Of a DNA stretch of 64,000 nucleotides, positions 55,157 to 64,000 are shown piece after piece. The translations under genes and the position numbers were made by a program. Below the pieces are notes generated by a model. It saw only the letters and a program-made list of their open reading frames with translations. It was not told the DNA's origin and did no database searches. The stretch is from NCBI GenBank assembly GCA_051362555.1, contig CM120641.1, forward strand, positions 34,106,401 through 34,170,400, read 5' to 3'. Position 1 is the stretch's first letter, and every line of letters starts with the position of its first letter. The DNA comes from Lingula anatina (taxonomy: Eukaryota > Animalia > Brachiopoda).

Positions 55157-57840
55157 AACTGAAATTGAACAAATATTTTATATATTCACAGTACTGTCCA
55201 TGAGGTAAGCATCGGTAGTGTCATGACGCGGGGATATGCTAACCACAAATAATTAACACATTGTTTCCAAATTACCTTTGTTTCAAAGTCTTCCTTGGTG
55301 ATGTGATAACGAAAATGTAGCAATCTCAGTAGGCTCACTTATGAATACATCGGTGTATACTTCTGTTCTTTTTGTGGGTATTGAATTGGGGGAAGTATTG
55401 TGTAGAAGGTACTCTCGAATATATCCACTTCTGGCTGATATAGATAACGTTAAATCATATAACTAGTTTTAGGATCAACAAGCCGACTTATATCCAAATA
55501 TCAACAGAGTCACCGTTACGAAAAACGTTACGCTGAGAAACACTTACGCGGAGAGACACTGGTGACGAGTAAACGAACAGATTCAAAAGTGTCTGTACAT
55601 AAAAAAATTAAGTAACATCTTTTTCGAATGAGCAGTATGTAGACTAATGGTAGCGGCACTTTGAGTATAAATTGTGAAATGATTTGGCCAAAGATTTTGC
55701 TCGAAGTCAGATGACATATTAAGTTCATATGAAACTGTACTTAATAATTGAAATCAAGATAACAGACGCACTCCGATCGATACAGCTAGTCAGGTGCTGT
55801 TGAGGCTCAATTAGCATATATTAGACAATCCGAGTTTAACATTAAAATATTACAGGCATTGTAAACTTATGCTGGAAAAACTATTTCAGATTTATATTGT
55901 AAATTCGTCACAATTTAGATTTATATATTAACTGCGCCATATATATTCATATATATATATATATATTTGATTTTCGTGACCGACTTACCAACGCCCTTCA
56001 CATGACAACATTTCTACATTAAATCAGGCAGAAAATAGCCTTAACGCAACTGCAATTATCATATTTAATATCAGTGATAATGACCCCGTCAGCTTGCGTG
56101 GCTGGGAGGGAGGACACTTTACCGTCTGCTACCTCAAGTGCGCTCTAAAAAGAATAAAGGAGTTGGCATCGATTTTTCTGCAATGTCTCAGATGAAGATG
56201 CCTTTTAGTTTACATCGTAAATCTAACAACAATTGGGCTACAATTAATTAAGATGCCAAGCAGTTGCTATATGGGGATTTCGTTCCCATACCAGTATCTG
56301 CCTCTTGCTTGGATCAAAATTGTCCTCATTACGATCTGCTCACTAAGTTAGACCGTGCCCTTATAAATAGTCTAAACACAAACAGTGAACGAAGTGCAAA
56401 CGTAGTACTATATGCCAAAGCACACCACGACGCTATTTCTTTTTAGTGTAATATGCATTTGAAGACGTCCTAGTTCAACACATATGTATGCCACATCACT
56501 TAAAAAAGTCGGCAGGCTGACAAAAAAACAAGGAAAACGTCAGTTAATGAGAACCACATGTCGCGGGAATGTCACGGTCAGTTAGCGACAATGTGAGAGG
56601 AATAGAATCTAATAGAGATGACTGCTTTGGTAATAATTTACAGCCTTCATGTAGTATTCATGTAGTCTGCGTGCATCTATATGGAAGTGCTTTCGCAGTG
56701 GCCAACTCAGTCTTTCACAGAGCAGCCCGGGCAATGATGTTAAAACCCATGACTAACTCAGGCATAGATATTTATCAACAAATACTTCTGTAGGCCTAAT
56801 ACATTTGATGGGGCTTGGCTAAATGCTCGCGAATAACGAGTCTGTCTGTACTAGTTGGCAGTAACGGACCCACCTCCTGTCCCCCGCCTATTATGCCAAC
56901 AACGAAACCTTTACAACAAATCACCAATCCCTCGCCCAATAATAAAATATCATACAAGAAACATATATATCATTGCCATGGTTGATGTGCATTAAGGCAT
57001 ATCTGTGTACCACCATACTCACAGGGTAAGCTATTGTTTCGCCCATGACTTGCTCGATGTTCATGTCCTCCAGATCGCCCCATGCTGTCCGTGAATTACT
57101 GAGAAGCCTCTCGCCCCGACGTCCCCCTCTCGGCTGTGCTGTTTGGGCGTGTCAGTGCATCAGAAGGCGGCCGCCCGGCTTCTAAGAAAAAGAGTCGTCA
57201 CCCAAAGTTGCGTGATCAGCACGCCATGCCGAGGAGAGACATGCGGAGCTGCCTGCCTGAACCGTAGACTGTGTACATGTACTGATCAATGGTTTAAAAA
57301 TACCACATTCCGTGCGGGGTCGTCTCAAAGCATCTGCTCTTGATTCACATGATTTACGAGTTCAGGTCGGCAAAGGCTGGAGGGGAGGGGGGAGGCTGAG
57401 AAAAATTGATGGTGTCTTCACGGAGGACCAGGGTGATTGATTGCCATTGCTAAAACGCGCATGGGCCTACTTTGCCTTTTCATGATCTTTTTTTTTTTTT
57501 CTTCAAGAGTTAGCCAAAAACTGAATAAAACCGTAAACTGAACTCGTCCTCATCGTCAATACATGGACTGAACACGCCAGATGCATAGTCTGAAGTTGTG
57601 AAACCTACATTTGGGCCACGGTATTACTGGGTACAATCTTAATTCAAAAGGTCTTTAATAACGGGATGAACATAGTACTTAAAACGACTTGTTCTAGAGC
57701 ATATTTTTATCGTTTGTTTCAGCTTCATCTAAAGGCTGTGGAACGGGGCCAGTATTGTCGATCGGTAATCTTTCTCTCTTTCTTTTTCTATCTATCTCTT
57801 CTTCAGGTATGTATTTATTTAATTTAAAAAAAAACTTCTG

Positions 57841-57842
<2 letters not shown>

Positions 57843-57886
<44 letters not shown>
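57843..57886. repeat. (GT)n microsatellite
   Basis: Direct reading. Confidence 0.95.
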
Positions 57887-57887
<1 letters not shown>

Positions 57888-60030
57888 GTAGCAGAATCCA
57901 ACTCTGTTAAAATGCACCTGAATAAAATGCCCATTGCTTCCGTGCTTACAAGAACTCACTTCAATTGCCCACTTTTAATTGCTTTTTGTATATCACCTTG
58001 TTCTCAATAACAACATTACGGTTGGGTGTACAAATTGAATGCACTCATAGTGCAGGTTTCTGGTGACCGGGATCATTCCCGTTCTTCGTCGGTCACGAGA
58101 GAGTATTTGTCTCTTTTATGGCTAAGAATTCTTATTTTATATTTGATGCCCGGGACAAAAAAAATCGTAGGAAAGGAGAACATTCACTGATTTTAGAATC
58201 AATACACACGCTTATATTACATGCAGAGGTAAGAAAGTTGCGAGGCTGTATTTTGGAGTTGGACGTGTACATGCGTGTTGACTGGTCTAGATGTGGCCAT
58301 CGCTAGACTCCGCCCCCGTGTAACGTCGCCTAGCGTTGGAGAAACAAGGGCAAAAACGTGGTTAATCACGGGTTGTACGAGGTTTTTACGTACCATATGC
58401 ATTTTCTATGTTGTCATTAAGGCAGGCGCAGGAGGGACAGTTTTTAGATAGGATCTAACGCGAGCACATCAGCACATTAATTTGAGTTGAGCTGTCACAC
58501 CTGGCAACACTTGACAACACGCGTGGGATTTGTCAAATTTACCTATTAACTTTGCCCAGTCAATGGGTACCGATCATAGTAGCAAAATATTTCATGTTAC
58601 GCGTATTCCCCCTCTCTGTGTTCTTCTTTATCATGATAGGAATCAACTGCAAATATTTTTTCGCGCCACGCAACGTAGTTATAAGCATTGTTTGTGGGCA
58701 CAGCCCAGCTGCTAATTCGCACACATTTCAATTCTACTTGTTATAGACTACATGTGCTTCGACCCTTACAGGGTCAAACCTCCATTGTCAATGGAGGTGT
58801 TTTCCTTCTTTTTTTACCGCTTTTTTTTTGAAATTTGTGACAGGTCCTGATAATTTTATTTAATTTGATTTAATTTGATAATTATTAAAATACATGTCCT
58901 TGTTTAAACCTGAAATTGCAAATAACCGTTGAGCAGCGCTTGTAGATAATTGGGGAGTGATCTGATGTTTTCTCTATAAAAAGGAGATCCGACATGCTCA
59001 CCTGAGATAGGTAAAGTCATATCTCTGCTAGAAAGGCAACGTAGGCCCCCTATTATCCAGCCATTGAGTGGTGTGTTTAATTTCCCTGCCTGTAAGTGGG
59101 ATTTGTATGCCACAGTGTAAGGTAAGACAAGAAAAGTGGCCACCATACCTGCATACGCGTATGGTCATATCTATACACGGGGAATGGAACAATGGCATTA
59201 TAGAGACGATGCACAACAAATCATAGCAACTTGGCAACGTAGTTGGAAGTCGTTGGTTGTTCGGTGGTTGTTACGTGTTATGAGAACTCGAAGAAATATT
59301 TTAGCATAACTGTTTAATAGGACATAATTGGTGCCTTTCTCTTGACAATGTTATCAAACATCTTTCATGTTGCCACTTCTAAAAGCCAAACCTGCTACTA
59401 AATGAGATCCGAAAATATACTGGTTGCCTGTTTCTGTAAATTTCCCGCAAAGGACAGACTAAAATTGTCTGCGGTAAAAATTCCCGAACTTTTGATATGA
59501 CCCCTTTTCATTTGATTCGCTTCCGTGATTAATCATTCATTCACTACCAGCAGACCAACAATATGGACAAGGATTGGACTACAAGAGTAATCAGTTAATA
59601 TTTAGTCGCACCCAAATACCACATACTCCCTCGCCCATTTCTAAGCTTTCTTATAAACAATTAAAACGCCAACATTAAAGAAGTGAAAAAACGGCCATAA
59701 TGCAGCTATATGAACGTCTATATTCGTTATAAAACAACAGTCGTGATACTCTGATTATTGAAAAATTTTATCGTGATATTAGCTGGTCATCTAGTTCTGT
59801 ATTTACTCCCACGCGCTCCCCTAGTCAACGAACGTTGATTGGGCATAAGCCTAAAGAACGCAGACCCCTGTGGCTGGTAGGGCATTTTAAACTGATCATA
59901 TATCAAATAATGTCATCAGTAATAGATAAGATTAACTTGGCTTATCATAGTCGCTCTTCAGCTGCTGATTCATCGAAATCTCTAGCATGAACTCATCGCG
60001 TTCGATGGGCGCGAACGTGTGTGGTTTAAG

Positions 60031-60226
60031 CCCCCTTTACACTGGACGACGTCCTTTCTGCGTCCCATAGTACGACCCCGTTTGAGAGAAAAAAAATACT
60101 TAACGTGCTGACAACTGGCTAATCAGTGAGCATTCATTCTACAACCAAAGCAGTGCTTGTGCCTCCTTTCTACGACCACAGCGATGCCAGTTTTATGGTC
60201 TCATAAAGGACGCAGAAAGGACACCG
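60031..60226. mobile_element. Second copy of the 26150 MITE, right TIR truncated
   Basis: ccccctttacactggacgacgtcctttctg...gacaactggc...agcattcattct...gcagaaaggacacc is collinear with 26150-26356. Confidence 0.85.
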
Positions 60227-63200
60227 GGTTAAATTGACTGCAAAAACTGGAATTGATATGTTTGCCGTAATATCGGTTCATTCCTTCATTGCAGTCTTTG
60301 CTGTATTTCTAACTGGAAATGGTTAAATGTACATTCGATATCCTAATAACATTCTCTCCGAATGTTCCATATTTCTGACTTTTCATATTAAATCCTATTG
60401 ATACTTTTGAAAACTGTAAGAAAAATATAAACAATAAACCAAAATAACACTTCGCCGTATTCCACGACTTGTTACATAGAATATTTTTATTTTATATTTC
60501 AAAATATATCATATCATTGATGGTTTTAAAAAATCGATGTTATGTAATGCATTAGATCTTACAGTTAAAGAAACTACTAAATTGAATATGTATTTAAAAT
60601 GGCACTTTTATCTTATCACAAGACTAGAATATAATAAGCGCCACTATACGCTTATATAAAGTGTTTTTGTTGAAAATGTGGCCCGTCTTGAAATAGGTCT
60701 ATTTCTTCGTGTATCAACGTCATTATTATTATTTTTTTTTGTGTGTGTTTCATCAGTCAAATGAATCCGAAAAATTTACCCTTGGACGACATCAAACGCC
60801 GTTTTTATATGCTAGACCAGGTATAGGAAATACTGTTTCACTGCAACCATCCATCGTACTCCCAGAATTTAACAAAGGGCGAGCAAGCGTCCCCAACATG
60901 ACCCATGAGCTTAATTGCAATCAAACGGTCGAATTCCCAAAGATAGTCTTAAAAAGGCTTTAGATACAACAGACCTAGATCCTACTTAAAAGTCTCAAGT
61001 TTCAAGTATCACAACGTAGGGCATTTAGGAGCGATTGCAACGACCTTAACTGTTTCCAATATAGTGGAATCATGCCGGTTAATTTCCACTTACTGTCCTC
61101 GATTGTTTTCTGGGAATAATGGTATGTTTGCAGGTCAAGAAGGACGAGGAGGTGACCTAGCAAGGGCACTGACTGGACTGTTTACACTTAAACACGCCGG
61201 TTTTACATAAATGTATCGTGTGTATGTCACCACATGACCAGTTTGGTTTTAACCGTGATTCGACACGTGAGTGCGGGGTTTGTCAACTCATAATGTCACT
61301 TTTCTTACAGAGGTGATTAAGTGAACGTTATTAATATACACACATTGGACAATAGAAGTGTCATCCCCTGAATCACAGTAATCAAATAATAATCAAGTGA
61401 TCAATAATCAAAGTAGGCAGATCTTGAGTAGTTATAATGCCTGGTATACATTTTTTTTTTGTGAAATTTGATGTTAATAAAATGATACCAGGAGCATATC
61501 ATTCCACAGTCATTTATCTCCCCCAAAGTATTGGTTCAGTAGGGGTGGCACTTCATTGTTCATTGTGTGTGTATATATTGCAAAATTTAGAGAATCAATT
61601 TTTAATAATTGTAAAATCGGACTAACAGCTTTTCATTCAGCGATTTGCGATTAACACGGTGACAACTGGACATTTGGCGGACTTTTGGGCACTGGTCACA
61701 CAACTGGAACTTGGGGCGTAGCTCTGCTGGCATTTTCCACGAATTTCCTGAAAGTTAAAAGAATCTATTTTATCAAATGACAAGTCGTGTTCTACTGAAA
61801 TCAATATATTATCACTGTCGTTGCACGTGTTATTTTAGATTTAGCAGAATGCTGCATGCATCAAAAACAGTGGGCTGACTTCCAGTCCATAGTTCTGAAC
61901 TTCAAACCTGTTTTTTAGCTTGATTAAATATTATCTTAACCTGGTTTTAGGGGGCAAAACACTAACATTCCTAGATACATAATATTTGCCCGTAATGTTT
62001 CCGTTCATGTAAAAAAGCAAAAAGAGCTGACTAGATTTTGCTTGATGAATCAATAATCGCGTGTTATTTCTGTGACTCAGTGCTAGTATTGTTAGAAATA
62101 TCCGGCAAGAAAGTTATTTCGGAACAAAGGATATTCCACCAGGAGATCACTATCATGCAACATGCGATTTGGTCAAACTATCATCAACAATAACAAAATT
62201 AAGGTGGCAATTACTCAAAGATTACATTTTCTTCTCCTTTATAAAAAACTCGTGTATGAAATTAATATTGAACTAAGTAAGCGGTGTTAAATACTAATAA
62301 ATACAAAGAGTAGGTGACGCAGGGGAGTATGGCAAGAACTATTCTTAAATCATTTCATCACCATCACCGCCATATTACTTCACTCTGTCATCATATTCCA
62401 ACTCGTTACGTTATATATAGCCCATACATGGAGGGACGGGCTCAGTTTGGTTTTCTCTCTTCTCACAATTGAAAGTCAGCCAGATTCAAATGATTTCAAA
62501 AACCCTTGAGCCTGGGCAGTGGCTGGATGCTCTCTATATCAAAAGCAAATATTCCTCCTTTTAATACAGGTATCTGTTCCCATCGACGGCTGATATTGAT
62601 TTTTTGCACTTAATGCCTGATGTCCGCAGGCTAATGGTAGCATTTATGACGTAACCTACGTGTGTCGCAAAGGGTAGGGTTTCCTAATTGATTTGATCAG
62701 CGTCTTGTTGGTAACAAAATCGACTTTATCATCCTTTCTAATTGTAACCTAGTTGCAACACATCCACGTAAAACTTATATCGACCATTTTGATTTAGCGT
62801 TCAAACCCAAGTGATTATTTTCGTGTGCCCAAAGCGACTATTGAAAGCAAACTTTTTTTTAACTTTTTGTCATTCTGAGAACTTCATTCCTTTGACAGCA
62901 TCTCGGTTCAACGGTATTGAGTGTAAAAGCAAAGGACAAGCGGGAGACATATAATCGATGTATATGTATACGAAAAGCTATTACTTGAAGGGGACTGTAC
63001 ATGTATTTTCATAATGAATATTCCCTCTCACAAATGCTGATCATATTTTATTTCTGATACAGAGTGAAAATGACACACTTATCATATCGCTAAGTTCCCT
63101 ATAATTCAAGATATCACAAGTAATATATATTAGCACGGCTTGAAACATTTAACTTCCATGAGTAACACTAGTTTTTGAAAAAGTTAAAAAGTCAGCCACT

Positions 63201-64000
63201 GACTAGCTTTAAGAGGATAGAGTGAATATAGCTTAGATAGCTTTATCAGTCCAATGCTTACCTTATTTATTAATTTTAGTTTGACACTGACAGTACATAC
63301 CAGCCACACGATATGATCACGCGCACAACAAATGAAACGCGTTGGAGTCGGTCTATTTTTGGCGTTATTAGTCGTATCATTTCGGACAATATATACATTT
63401 ATCTTCAAATTGGGCGCTTGTATTAAGCTAATGGGATGAAGTATTAAGTAGTTAAGTATTAAAAGTCGGCCTCTTTGGTCTTAACGTAAGCAGTGTAACT
63501 GTACTTACGTAGTCTACATCATTGGTTATCATCTTGCATCCACAGGTATGCTTAATTTTTACTGAAATTACGCCAGAAAAGACCTGCTTTAGGAGCGATC
63601 TATCAGCCTGTGTTGATGGACTGCTATTCATTCTCTGCACTGTTGACTTAATAACAGAAAAAACTTTTTGATAAAAAATAATAACTATCTGCTGGAGAGG
63701 TTCGTTCGTTCGCGTTCGATTTATTATGAGCGTTATCAGATAGTCGCCTGCGTAATGAATTAATTATAAAACTTAAATTTAAATTTGAATTAAAATTTAT
63801 GGGGGGGGGGGGGGCAAAATGGGTCCCAGTCTTGTGTTAATCATCAAGAAAGTAAAATATGGCTTACATAACCATTTTGTTAACAGCAAAACTTGCTCCA
63901 TTAAACTGTATCAAATGTAAAGACTTATTGGCGAATGTCACGTACATATATCTATGTACGTGACATTATGAACTACAGCATTTCAATTATTTTTATGTGT

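Noticed and set aside
55300-64000. Short ORFs and GC-richer patches (e.g. 57050-57400, 61130-61200)
   Set aside because: No recognisable protein motifs or consistent exon chain. Probably intergenic, regulatory or intronic, though small exons cannot be excluded.

Overview
AT-rich animal genomic DNA with GT-AG introns. The repeat types (Helentron-associated element, Penelope, RTE, many MITEs) suggest a marine invertebrate, probably a mollusc or other lophotrochozoan; this is inference. Genes spliced by hand, left to right: 3' nine exons of ALG1 (+); two tandem 8-exon GH29 alpha-L-fucosidases (+) with atypical fucose-pocket residues; uncharacterised 7-exon gene A (+, ~630 aa, eight YP[TS]S[KR][DE]A motifs); a 2-exon membrane-anchored FkbM/Methyltransf_21 (Star-like) methyltransferase (+); gene B, a diverged paralog of A (+, ~324 aa); a disordered 599-aa single-exon ORF (-); and a 3-beta-HSD-like SDR (-) with a 1-nt frameshift in coding exon 1. 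The methyltransferase lies in a ~10.7 kb block bracketed by a diverged direct duplication of the A/B spacer. The last ~8.5 kb looks non-coding. All alignments and family calls were made by eye, without database searches.
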